DNA of 63,846 nt, counting the filler, from Reticulomyxa filosa (Eukaryota; Protista; Foraminifera): assembly GCA_000512085.1 (NCBI GenBank). It is 14 parts of 14 records of this genome, joined end to end, with 100 filler letters (N's around TTAATTAATTAA, not from the genome) between each part and the next. Parts side by side here need not be neighbours in the genome. Positions count along the whole stretch, not along the records: positions 12,302 to 14,482 come from ASPP01010130.1; positions 14,583 to 24,854 come from ASPP01018091.1; 12 more parts are not named here. One strand, 5' to 3'. Shown one piece after another: positions 13,013-24,954 of this stretch (its first letter is position 1; every line of letters starts with the position of its first letter). The notes under the pieces were generated by a model, which was given only the letters and a program-made list of their open reading frames with translations, ran no database searches and was not told the DNA's origin. The translations under genes and the position numbers were made by a program.

Positions 13013-14440
13013 GTGGCGTCGTTTGAGCCTAAGGAAAAAAGCTGGCTAGCAAGACAGGTTGAAAACATAAAGGACACAGAGACGCTGCGCGAATTTAGAG
13101 AAATGTTACAAAACCAAATCAACGAAGAAAAGGAAGATACGGACACAATACGAAAAGATGCATTCGATGAATATACAAACGCAGTTTTGTGGAAAGGAGA
13201 GGAAAGAGAAAAAAAAAAGGTTAAAACATGTCTTGACCGAATAAAATGAAAAAAAAGCCAACAAAGGTAAAAAAAACGCAAACACGCACATAAATCAGTA
13301 ATTTAAAAAAAAAAAGAGAGTTGAATGTTACAAAATTATTGCAATGAATCAAGATGCTCTCGGACAAGTGGTAATTTTTATATTACTTTTATTTTATTTT
13401 TTTTTTTGAAACAAATCAAAATATTTTGAAAAGTATATTTTATATTTTGTACTTGGTAATTATTGCATTGATGAATTCAAATGTTGCAATGCGGACAACA
13501 AAGGAGGAAGAAAATAAAATGTTGGAAAAAGAAATAGAACGGTTGGAACGAAATTCCCATATGTTCGGACGCAAAATTTTGTACGGCAATCTTCCTCGCC
13601 AAGAAAAAGTAGAACTGGCAAAGCCAGATATCCAAAATGGAGGCAATTTCCAAGGAAGTGTTGCAGTAGCTGAGCTGCGAAAATTTGTGAAATCATTATA
13701 TGAACAAGTTGTCATTTTTTTTTTTGAATGATTAAAATATATACATATATATATATATATATATAAATATATAAAATATTGTTTAGAAAAAAAAAGGAAG
13801 AAACGACATTTTGGTAAGTGTTGTGGCAAATGATTTCAACTCGTATGTGGAAGATATAAAGGAATTTGTTAGTAGAAATGGTGAATATAATGAATGCCCT
13901 GAGCAATGTGTGTTCAAAAAACCATATTCTGAATTGCAATATGTTCCTTGCAATGGTTTGATTGGGATCGTTCAAATTCGTGGTTATGAAAGAATTCCTG
14001 TGTTGAATGGACAAAATGGCTTGGAGGCTCTTCAAGTGATCCCGTCTGCAACTGTGTTGATTCAATATTGTGGCATTCACTATTTGTCCAGTGAATTTGA
14101 GGAAATCTATGCGGGCACAAATGAAAGTACAGCTCGCAATCGATATGCTTATGAATACATTCTCAATGATCCTTATTTAACACAAGAACTTGAAAAGACG
14201 AACTGGATCGTCAATGGAATCAATTATCTGCCTTACATTTGTTACAAAACTGATTGTGGCATTGACAAAAAAAGTAAGCTGTATGGACATATTCACTTGG
14301 TCATTGACGGAATTGGATCTAGTCCTTCGTATAATGTCACCAATTTGTGGGGATTATTCAATGATTGTCGCAAAAATCTACTTAATGATGAAGAACCTAC
14401 TCCCGATGATCTAGTATATGAAAATTGTGAATTTGTCGAA
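13013..14440 (+). CDS. SET-domain protein (putative lysine methyltransferase), partial, multi-exon
   Basis: GQNGLEALQVIPSATVLIQYCG (GxG..A...I.......Y.G), then VIDG, LFNDCR and NCEF motifs in exon ~13800-14440. Confidence 0.7.
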
Positions 14441-14444
14441 GTTT

Positions 14445-14482
<38 letters not shown>

Positions 14483-14582
14483 NNNNNNNNNNNNNNNNNN
14501 NNNNNNNNNNNNNNNNNNNNNNNNNNTTAATTAATTAANNNNNNNNNNNNNNNNNNNNNNNNNNNNNNNNNNNNNNNNNNNN

Positions 14583-14684
14583 TTTTTTAAAAAAAATTAG
14601 GTCTAAATGTTGATTTTTCATTGATAAAATCAATTATCATCATAAGATATGTTTTATGCTTTCAGTTTTCTTTGCAACCTACTG
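14583..14684 (-). mobile_element. Terminal fragment of Tc1-like family B element (TA|CAGTAGG...)
   Basis: Reverse complement CAGTAGGTTGCAAAGAAAACTG...CTTATGATGATAATTG...ATGAAAAATCAACATTT aligns with the ends at 51624, 52098, 54200 and 55351. Flanked by TA. Confidence 0.65.
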
Positions 14685-15505
14685 TATTCATTAATCAAAA
14701 AATGTTAATGTAAACTATCTTTTTTTTGTTTTTTTCAAAAGTATCATATGTAAAGTAGCAAAAAAAGTACAGTTAAGTGAGAGATTCTCGCGTGTGGTAG
14801 CTGAAAGAAAATAATCATTTACTGTCAGGTATTTGAAATGAAAAAAGAATACCAATGACAAGAAATTATGTCATATAAAAATGTGACAAAATGTTTCAAT
14901 AAATTTCGTTTTGGTGACACTAATTTTTCATTTTTTGAAAGTGAATGTTTTACATAACACAAAATGAAATTAGGTTATATTTTTGTTAATAGGCTGCTGA
15001 TTGTAAAAAAAAGTATCAATTTTTTATTTTTTGTTTATGAAATTGAGTTTTGTCATAACAATAATTTAGCATATTTTGTAAAAATTGAATTTAATCACGT
15101 TGATTGACGACAGTTCCAATTTCTGCTTTGGTTGTAAGATCGGGTATGATTTGAAATTTATCATGTCTTTCATCTCTTTCTTTTGATGAGCCACCAATAA
15201 CTGGCAAAAGCAATAAATGCCAACATGGTAATTACTCCAGCACAAACTGCGAAACCACCACAAAAATTACCAATAGTATCGAAATAATCATATAGCAAGA
15301 TTTGCATATGGTCATCCGTTTGTGGTGGAATAATGTAAGAATCGCTGAAACAAAATATAAGCGCTTCTGAATTCTTTTAAAGAACAAAGAAAAATAAAAT
15401 AAATCACTAAATGATTGCATTCAATCAAATAAAACAAATTACTTTTCTTTAATCAAACTTTTGAAACAAAAAAACTTTCATTTTTTATTTGATAAAAAAA
15501 GTAAA

Positions 15506-16450
15506 TTATCCACAAATACTAATATTTCCTTTATGTGATCCATAGCACAATTTAATATCATTTACATTCTCTTTCTGTTTTAGTCCAAAAAATTTAAGAC
15601 AAATTATTCCATTTTCTTCATTATTTGCTTTGATCATATGCAGTTGATTACATAATCGAATATCCCAAAAGCGAATTATATTATCAATTGATCCAGAACA
15701 TATCACATTTGAACTACCATTGATATTTTTTATTACAAATGGTGAATATTCAACAGACAATAAAGGAGATATATGTTTATTGACCAGATCAAATGTCACA
15801 CAAACGAATACTGTTATCATATGATCCAGATAATATTATATTTAATAATTCGTTTGAACCATATTTTACAATACGAACTTGTTTTTCATGTCCTTTGAGC
15901 ACATTTAATTCTTTGGTTGTTTCAATATCCCATATTCGAATAGTTTTATCATATGATCCAGAACAAATTGTATATCCATTTCCACCGATCACAATACACA
16001 AACTGTTTTATCAAGTGATCCAGAACAAATTAATTGACAATCACCAAATGTTAAACAATCGATTGTATTTACACCATCAGTATGTCCTGTTAATACATTA
16101 ATTAATTTGGATGATAAAAGAAATGAATCAAAAATAATGAGTGTAGTTGCCTGTATAAAAAATAACAAATATATTTGTTTATTTTTATTTGAATTAAATT
16201 AAAGACAAAAGTAAATACGTAAATAATTGTCAATTATTTTATCTAAATCATTTATCCATCCAAATTTAATGTGTAATATTCGAATCAAATTTTGTATAAT
16301 AACTTCAGTTTCATTTTGATCTGTCTAATTATAATAAGTCCACACAATAAGTACAATAAAAAATTAAAGATAATAAACTTTTTAAACTTTATAATAAAAC
16401 TTACCATTACGTTGAGGTAAAGTTTGTTCATGATTGACAAGAGATTTCAT
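15506..16450 (-). pseudogene. Degenerate member of the expanded WD40-repeat family
   Basis: CSGSYDKTIRIWDIET, CSGSIDNIIRFWDIR and LCYGSHKGNISICG fall in shifted frames with deletions. Same family as 56725-58190. Confidence 0.85.
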
Positions 16451-16796
16451 TTTGCAACTTCTTTTGTTATTTTTTTTTCAAGTTCAACGAAGGGACTTCA
16501 AAAATAGATTTTTACAATATATTAATGAAAAATAAATAAATAAATTATAACTTTTTATAATTATATTAAGAACAATAAATTATCTTTTTTTAATATTCAA
16601 TATGATGTCCATTGTTAAAATGAAAATTGCAATATTTTTATTATAAAAATTGTTAATACGACTAATTATCTTCAACAAAATAAACAAACCAAAGCAAAGA
16701 AAGAAATATGGGTAAAGATTTGTTGAAACTAAAGTAGCCTCCAATTCCTTTTAGCCAATTTCACAAGACTTTATTTTCAAATATGTTTGAAAATAC

Positions 16797-16936
16797 AATT
16801 TGAAATTGATGAATCCTTAAAAAATTTGAAATTGATTAATCCTTAAAAAATTTGGAATTGATGAATCCTTAAAAAAATTCAAATTGAGAATCCTTAAAAA
16901 AATTCAAATTGATGAATCCTTAAAAAATTTCAAATT
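16797..16936. repeat. Minisatellite, about 5 copies of a ~26-bp unit (TTGAAATTGATGAATCCTTAAAAAAT)
   Basis: Head-to-tail copies with minor variation and no spacers. Confidence 0.9.
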
Positions 16937-17284
16937 AATTCCAATTAAATCCAATTCTTTCAATAATATTTATTAGCACTTTTTTCTTTATGATCATTTC
17001 ATCAATGATCATAACAATATTTTTATTCGTTTTGTCTATTATATATATTTTTTTTACAAACAAAGAACTTTTTTTGTAATATGATTTTACATTTTGCGGA
17101 ATACACTCGATACAATAATTGAATATTTTGTTGTGTTGTTTTATGTTTCAAAGATGCATGAGCTTGTTATTTTTATCATACACTTAAAAAAATGAATATA
17201 AGTTTATCTGTGATCTGAAAATTGCAAATCAGTCATCCTATAAAAATATACTTATAATACTTAAAATTTCTTTTCTAATTTAAT

Positions 17285-17400
17285 ATCACATACACAAACT
17301 GTTGCATCAGCAAACGATGAAACAACCTTGGTACCATCAGACGAAAATTGTATAGTTTGTGCATAATGAGAATACACTTGTAAGACTTTGAATAGCTTGA
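17285..17400 (-). pseudogene. Isolated WD40 repeat remnant
   Basis: Minus strand reads KVLQVYSHYAQTIQFSSDGTKVVSSFADATVCVCDI. Confidence 0.5.
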
Positions 17401-18632
17401 AATACTTTATCTATTTTTGTGTTTAGTTTAATTTATTAAACATATAAAATCTATGCAGCTACAATATACCATGATATATCGTAAAAATGATAATGATAAA
17501 GTCATTAATTCAGCCTATTTTGCTTAAAAATGAACGGGTTCAATGCATAACTATCATATCAATCTTTTTTTTTCTATGTTTTGTGTACAATCAAATTTCT
17601 TTAGCTCACTTGCATTTGTTTTCAAATTAAATAATAAAACGATTAAACTTGCAAGTTTTTCATATCAACACCATCAAATATTTTTTCTATATCTTTCTTC
17701 ATTGCTGCAATTCCTATTCTCTCATTTTCTTCTATTATCCACTGTTTTTCACTTGCTGTCACTTCTTTCAAACATTCTTTCACTTTTGTCTTTATTTGCA
17801 TTACTAGCGTCATTGCCGCCAATGATATGTATGTACTTGCTGTCTTCAATCAATATTCCAACATCTATTCAATGCAATAGGCAGATCATTTTTACTCATT
17901 GAATATCTATATACTGTGTTTTTAAGTTTCGCATTATCTTCCAGTCCACCAAAAAATAATAAAACATTCTTTTTACTACGTTAAAATTTTGTAAACACCT
18001 TGGCTTTTTTTGTTGGTTTGTACTGCGATTACATGTTATAGCAAAACGATTTCATCGCCTTCCAAGTTTAGTACAAAAACGAAATGTACAAAATTTTTTA
18101 CGAATCGTCCAAAGGGTGTTGCCAGAAAAAAAACCACACTTTTTCTATTTGAATAAGATATAAAAAAGCTTGTACAAACAATTTATTATTATTATTATTG
18201 TTGTGAATATTACAACAGTTCAAGGAGAACCTGGTGAATTTGGGTGTGGAACCGTATGTTCGGTTTGCGAATGGACCTTAAAGCGCGACAAATCGTAGTT
18301 GGCGTCGTTGCTGATTTGTGGTTTATCTTGCTTATCGCCTTTGCCGCCTCTAAAACCAAGCCGACCCGACATCGACTTATTACCCTCAGATAACGAGTAG
18401 TGGAGGATTATCATCCTTGGAAACTGCAAATATTGTCGGTAAATCAATTGTTGCTTTTTTAAAATAGTGTTCATTATTTTGTTACTGTACAGCGCTTGGG
18501 CACGAAAGTCGTCCAAAACAATCGAGCAACGATCTTGTTGCAATTTTTAATCATGCATTAAATTGGTAAGTTTTTTTGGTTTTCTATTTGATTAAATTTT
18601 AATGACTAAAAAAAAACATTGTTAAACCAATA

Positions 18633-19330
18633 GCTCGTATTGTGTGTATTGTGGATTGCGGTTATCTCTTTGTATTGCACCAAATACAACGTAAATGGTT
18701 TTGATGATATTGATACACTATTGGACAATGAAAGGTATGTTGTTTTGTGTTTATGAGTTAAAAACTTTTTGTAAATGAATTAAATAATGATGATAAATAG
18801 TATTAGCCAATATATTGCGAATGTAACAACTTGTGGAGTTACTGCAGTGTGGTGGTTCAACAAAGATAAAATGAAAAACCCAACGTGGAACAGTTATCGA
18901 TATGACACAATCAAGGGATCATGAAGCATTTGTTATTATTCATCTTTGGTTGCGCTTGGTGTATCGTTCTGGCAAGCTGCTAAGAACACATACCAATTGT
19001 TAACAACAAAAGGTTTTGATACAATCATCAATAACGATTTGAGTAACTTGGTTTTGGGTTTTGGCTGGCTGCCGGTGCTATTACTGATGGTGCGGTCACT
19101 TTCTTTATTAGGAGGATTGCTTGGCTATTTATTCTTTGTCAATTATGGACATTGCGTTGGAATGGTTTTTGATATCGTTTTGGCCATTATTGGACTTTTA
19201 CATTGCCAATCTTGAATTTATGTTTGCAATTGCTTCGGCAATTAAGGCCATTTTTGTCTGTTGGTTGAAGACCCTGCTGCGCTGAAAGAAAATCATCATC
19301 TATGTTACGAATTAATGACCCAAGCATGGA
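18633..19330 (+). pseudogene. Choline-transporter-like (CTL/Pns1) gene remnant
   Basis: VTTCGVTAVWWF, ALGVSFWQAAKNTYQLLTTKGFDTIINNDLSNLVL and an IFVC...PAALKENH-like segment occur in broken frames. Confidence 0.65.
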
Positions 19331-19380
19331 GAAAAGTATATAATATTGGAGGAGTAAATGAAATTTACACAATCATAGAT

Positions 19381-20073
19381 TTAGACTAAAATGAAACACC
19401 CATCATTTTTTAAACTAAAAAGGATGTCCTTAAAGGTTGTAAATTTTTTTGACAAGAACAAATAAGCATTGATTGGTAAATATCCATTTTTAATTATTTG
19501 ATATTTATTTAAATCAAATATACAAAAATTTCTTGAAGGATAAACAATAAATAATAAATGATTATTTGATCCACTAATTATTGCACGTACTCCAGCATAA
19601 TTATCTGGTTTAAGTCCAATATTAATATTGTTGTTATTATTATTATCATTATTATTATTATTAATAAAAGGAATCCATTCATTAATATGCTTTATTTTAT
19701 TATTATTATTATCTTCCCAAATACTTTTATATTTCATTATAAAAGTATATTTTTCTTTGTCTTTTTCTCCACCAAATGATAATAATGTAATATCATTTAA
19801 ATCATAATTATTTTTTTCAATTTTAATAACACAATGACCATTTAATATAATATTATCTGGATATGAACAAATGTATTTATATTGATCTTTGATTATATGA
19901 TAAGAATAGCATTCATTTTTTTTATAACCACCACAAATAATTATTTCATCTTTATAAATTAAACATTGAGGATAACAAAGAGGAAAAGGTAAAGGAGATA
20001 AAGTTTCAAAGAGTGAATTAGAATTCTCTAAGTTTAGCTTTTGTTCAATTTTACTATAATCATTTAAAGCCAT
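19381..20073 (-). CDS. Kelch-like beta-propeller family protein, 3' truncated (possible pseudogene)
   Basis: FETLSPLPFPLCYPQC, EIIICGG, CYSYH...YKYICSYP, GHCVI, LLSFGG, GVRAIISG. Similarity ends abruptly near 19460. Confidence 0.75.
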   Translation of the reverse strand: MALNDYSKIEQKLNLENSNSLFETLSPLPFPLCYPQCLIYKDEIIICGGYKKNECYSYHIIKDQYKYICSYPDNIILNGHCVIKIEKNNYDLNDITLLSFGGEKDKEKYTFIMKYKSIWEDNNNNKIKHINEWIPFINNNNNDNNNNNNINIGLKPDNYAGVRAIISGSNNHLLFIVYPSRNFCIFDLNKYQIIKNGYLPINAYLFLSKKFTTFKDILFSLKNDGCFILV

Positions 20074-20151
20074 GAGAAAATTATAGTAGTTCTTTTATTA
20101 TTTGAAGTAAAGAAAAACTTATTTTTAAAAAAAAAAGGAAAATTTTTTTAT

Positions 20152-21479
20152 TTATAAAAATTTAATTCCTTGTAAAATATGACAACTTTTTATCCATTCT
20201 TTTTTTTTATTTTGAGATAATTTATAATTATTATCAAAACTGTGATTAGCAATTATCTCTATTTGATGTAAAGGTCTTAAAATTTCAATATCATCACTAC
20301 CAAATATTTGTTCAAAAATTTCTTGATTAATAAAATCCATTGTTATGATTTGACAATTTCGTTTTTTAAAATTTTTAAAATTGAAATTAAAATCAGTAAT
20401 AAAATCATCTTTCATATCATTACTTAATGTTTCTATTCCAATACGACATTTACTATTATTTTCTATTTTTATTTATTATTATTTTTTTTTTAATATTTTT
20501 ATAAATTAAAAAATATTTTATTTTATTATAACTTAAATTTCTTGAACATTTCATTGTTGCATACATAATCTTTAAACTAATTGCTCTATTTATTGTATTA
20601 CTATTTAATTCATTTTTATTTTTTTCTAATATTTTATTCTTAACAATATTCTCTTTTATATCTAAATAAAAACGTAATGACTATTTTTTATTTTTTTAAA
20701 CAAACATATTTTTATATTAAATTTAATATAAAATATAAAAATATAAAATATAAAATATAAATAAAAAACAAACCCAACATTCATTTGGATATTTATCATT
20801 TACACCAAAAAGTAAAACAATTTCAATTGGTAAATAATGACCAGCAACAATAAATTCACCACATTCCAAACGATTATTTTGTAACATTCCAAAATAATTT
20901 TGTATATGTCCATAAAATATATTAGAAATTGCATTACTTATTTTTGTAATAGAACCAATCAACTAATATATATTTTTATATTAAATATTTTTTTGATTGG
21001 TTTGAAAAATAAATAAAATAAATTATTTTTTTTTTTTTTCGTTTTACTTTTTCTATTTTTTTGGCTTTTTGAGCAAAATTTTTTTGTTCTTTTGCGTTTT
21101 TTAATATCTCCGTCATTTCTTCTATTCTTGTTGGAATTTGTGAACGATAAAATAATATTTCTTCTAAACATTTCATAAACATATAATGACATCTATTAAT
21201 TTATTTTTATAAATATTATTTATTTTATTTATTTATTTAATATTTTTACCTTTCACTTGTCATTATCTTTTTATCTGATAAAACAATTCTATCATTCAAA
21301 ATTATTGGTTTAATATCTTCTTTTTCTTTTTCTCCTTTTTGTCTTGTTCTTCTCACGGTTTTATTTTTTGTTTTTGTTGTTCTTGTTTTAGGCGGAGTCA
21401 AAAAATGATCACTTCGATAACTCACTTCAAAAGGAAAACCAAGTGTAAGAGAAGTTGTTTCTGTCAAAGATTGTGTCAT
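20152..21479 (-). CDS. MAD2L1BP: p31comet (MAD2L1-binding protein)-like HORMA protein, about 5 exons
   Basis: Spliced product contains RCHYMFMKCLEEILFYRSQIP, EIVLLFGVNDKYPNE, DDFITDFNF and terminal EWIKSCHILQGIKFL*, matching the order of recalled p31comet motifs. Confidence 0.65.
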
Positions 21480-21991
21480 TCTTCGGAATTTTTTTTCAAG
21501 ATTTGTTCAACAACTGTTACTCGTTTTTTCCCCCTTGCAACTAAAACTTTTTCTTTTGTTACTTACAGATCACAACAATATCAAACAATTTACAGATGAG
21601 ATGCTTGATTATTAAAGAAGAAAATTATATGCCTTGTTTTTCCTTTTTGATTTAACCGTTCACTCCCTAGATATTACAATTTTTGCAAGTGAATTTTACG
21701 GATAATGACAGTAAGTTATCTACCATTCAAAAGTTTGCTCTTGAATCTGGCAAACTACTTCTGCAATTTTGAAAAGGAAGGAACATTGTTTCAATAGTTA
21801 AAATAGATATTTACCTCGCAACAATTAATTTTAGTATTTCGTTATTAAGTCAACTGACATGATTTTGGTTAATAAATTTCATGTAAAATCAGTTTTTCTG
21901 CTCTGGCTTTGTTTTTCAAAAAAGGAAAGAAGACACTTTTGTATAACTCTTCAAATCTTTTTACTAATTTATACGATTATTTCTCACAATA

Positions 21992-22978
21992 ATGTCCTCT
22001 GGCCTTGATTTGTCAGCATTTGGGTAAATTTTATTTGTTTTTTTTTATTTGACTGTTACGTTTGTTTGTTGTTTTTGAAGAACGTTAGACGCCCCACAAT
22101 TGGTGGAGTTAGTTCGTGTTGCGGAGACAGCCGAAAGATACGATGACAGTTGAGTAAAAAAAACAGTCAAATGAAGATAATTATCAAAAGTTCAAAAGTA
22201 TAACTAAAATAATGAATTATTTGAAATTATAAAATAGTGTGTAAATTCGTGAAGGCTTTGGTCCAAAATAAGACGGCAAAGGGACAAGATTTAGACGTCG
22301 AAGAGAGGAACTTGTTGTCCGTAGCCTACAAGAACGTGGTAGGCAGCAAACGTGCGTCATGGCGAACCGTGAGCGGAGGATTTGATGACGCTGATGAGAC
22401 ATTGATTGAGAAATATAAAGCAATTGTTGAAAATGAGTTAGAGAACATTTGCAAGGAGGTCATTTCTTTGTTGGTGGACAACTTGTTGAAAACAGTCACT
22501 GGAAAAAAGGACGAAACAGAAGTATTTTATTTGAAAATGACTGGCGATTATTATCGCTATTTGGCTGAATTCCGACAAGGTAATGAATCTTACAAGGAAA
22601 AAGCGAAAGAGTTTTATCAAAAGGCTTTGGATATTGCTCAAGAACATCTTCCAGAAACGCATCCAACTCGTTTGGTATGTTTACATCTTTGAATTTTTTA
22701 TGTATACGTCCCAAAGTTTGAATACGCATATCGTTTTTATTTTTTTAATAACTTCGAAAAAAAAGGGCTTGGCGTTGAACTTCAGTGTTTGTTATTACGA
22801 AATTTTGAACCAACCTGAAAAAGCTTGCGAGTTAGCGAAGAAGTCATTTGATGCTGCGATTGAAAAGTTGGACACATTGAATGACGCCAGCTACAAGGAT
22901 TCTACATTGATAATGCAATTGTTGCGAGACAACTTGACATTGTGGACCTCAGAGCAAGCTAAAGATGAAGAAGCCTAA
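21992..22978 (+). CDS. 14-3-3 protein, 4 exons (21992-22023, 22081-22148, 22238-22674, 22766-22978)
   Basis: [73 protein letters not shown]. Confidence 0.98.
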
Positions 22979-23715
22979 AAAAACTTGTTTGTACACCTTG
23001 TGAGGAGGTGTGATATTTGTATAACCCTGTTCGAGAAAAGCAGTGATCGGTTTGACTGTTAGCGAAGCGCCTCACGTTCTGTTATGCAAGTGTTTTGCGT
23101 TTTGTCTGCAGTTTTAACTTGTCAAGATGGCTCTCGAGCTTGGTTGTCGTTCGTTTGTTTTTTAAATTTTACGTTTTTATTGGTTTAGGTGTAAATCGAT
23201 AATCTAAAAATCTTTTTGGCATTAATAAAATGTCCTTTTTTGCTACTTTTAGCTCGTTCGCGATATTGAGGATGCGAATTTTCTTTCAAATCAGAGACCA
23301 ATTGAATTAGAAATAAATGAGTTTTTTGTTTTAAAGAACCCGTCTTATTTGAATAAAATTGATACAAAATTTAATGGTCAAAAAATGTTACACAAGCTTG
23401 TCTTAGCTGCATATTAATATCGGTTAACTTCAAAGTTTTAAGATTGTAAAAACATAATTATTCAGATTACCTCTTTGGCCTGATTGACACCGATAGTCAC
23501 CAAGAAATACAAGTACTTGTGAAAGACGAAACAATGAAAAAGTATAATATTTATAGATCCATAAATAAAGTGACAAACCAAAATATCAGTACGGTCACTA
23601 ATACAAGTTTTGACTTGTGCTGATTTTTTTTTTGTTGTGAGTCGCCTGTTTATATTTTTTTTCTTTGCGAACAACAAAACAATACATCCAAATTTATCAA
23701 AAAAGAAAGAAAAGA

Positions 23716-24779
23716 ATGAGCGAAGTAGCAGGAGTATGTGTCATGGTATTAATAATCCTGGGCATACTTGCGCTTGTGTCATTCGTAACCAAGTCAACAA
23801 CAGAGGCAGGTGTTCAAATCAAAAACAAAGAAGGCCAAAAAGAAGTATTTAAAAAACAAGTCCCGGCACTTTACTATATCCATCGTGCGTCCATTCTAGA
23901 CACTTCTATGGAGATTGTCATCCCATGGAAGTACAATATACAAAGATCTGATGATTCAATAAAAAACTCAGTTTGTAAAAGAAGAAACATATCAAATGCA
24001 AAAAAATTTCTATTTTTGTCAATTACAAGATGAAGTCAAAAAAAAAACAAATTTAAAAAATTCAGGTGTTCCGAGGGTGGTACAATTTTTTGTGGTTGTC
24101 AACATTATGCTTTATATTGTCCCATTTTTTGAGTAACTATCGCAGCAACGGCTATGTGATCTTTCAAACAGCATTTTTTAAGTCATTGTTTCCTTACGTG
24201 CATGAATTGGTAGTTGTGTTTTTGCCGGTGTATTGTTGGTCATTTTGGGCATTTTTTTTACAAAAACTGATGATTGCGAACATATTCGGTCGTAAATGCA
24301 CCCGCACCATCATTCATATTTTTCAGCACATTTTACAAACGATTCTAATCTTTGGTTTGTTATTTTCTTTTTTCTTTTTTTTTGATTAGTGAGAAAAAAA
24401 AAATCGATTCACCCCGATACATGTTACATACACACGTATACTCAATATGCACGAAGGAGTTTACAAAAGGGTGCGAAATCAAAACAAACAAAAAAACAAT
24501 AACAATAATAACAAAAGGGGTTGGAATATTCATTTATTCAGAATGCACCCATTGGCCATTTTCACAAAAATTGGCACTGCTGCTGGAAACAATGTGTTTG
24601 TACATGAAAATGCACTCCTATCTGCTGTCCAACCATGACCTATACACAATGAAAGAGGATAATATACGTCAGCAAAAAAAGGATCAGCAGTCAGATGATA
24701 ACGATGTCAAACCACTTACACTTGAAGATTGTGACCATTTAACCGATGCGGAAGTAAAGGAAGAATTATTGAAAAGAGG
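23716..24779 (+). CDS. MBOAT acyltransferase of DGAT1/SOAT (ARE) type, 5' part
   Basis: HRASILD, FRGWYN and LYMKMHSY motifs plus hydrophobic helices. Cut by the contig end. Confidence 0.85.
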
Positions 24780-24954
24780 TTGCTTATTTTGTTTTTTAAT
24801 TGCAAAATTTGCTAACACATATCGTTAACAAGACATATTTTTTTTTTTTTTTTTNNNNNNNNNNNNNNNNNNNNNNNNNNNNNNNNNNNNNNNNNNNNTT
24901 AATTAATTAANNNNNNNNNNNNNNNNNNNNNNNNNNNNNNNNNNNNNNNNNNNN

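Noticed and set aside
16797-16936. ~26-bp repeats as a CRISPR array
   Set aside because: Units abut with no unique spacers, no cas genes are present and the context is eukaryotic.
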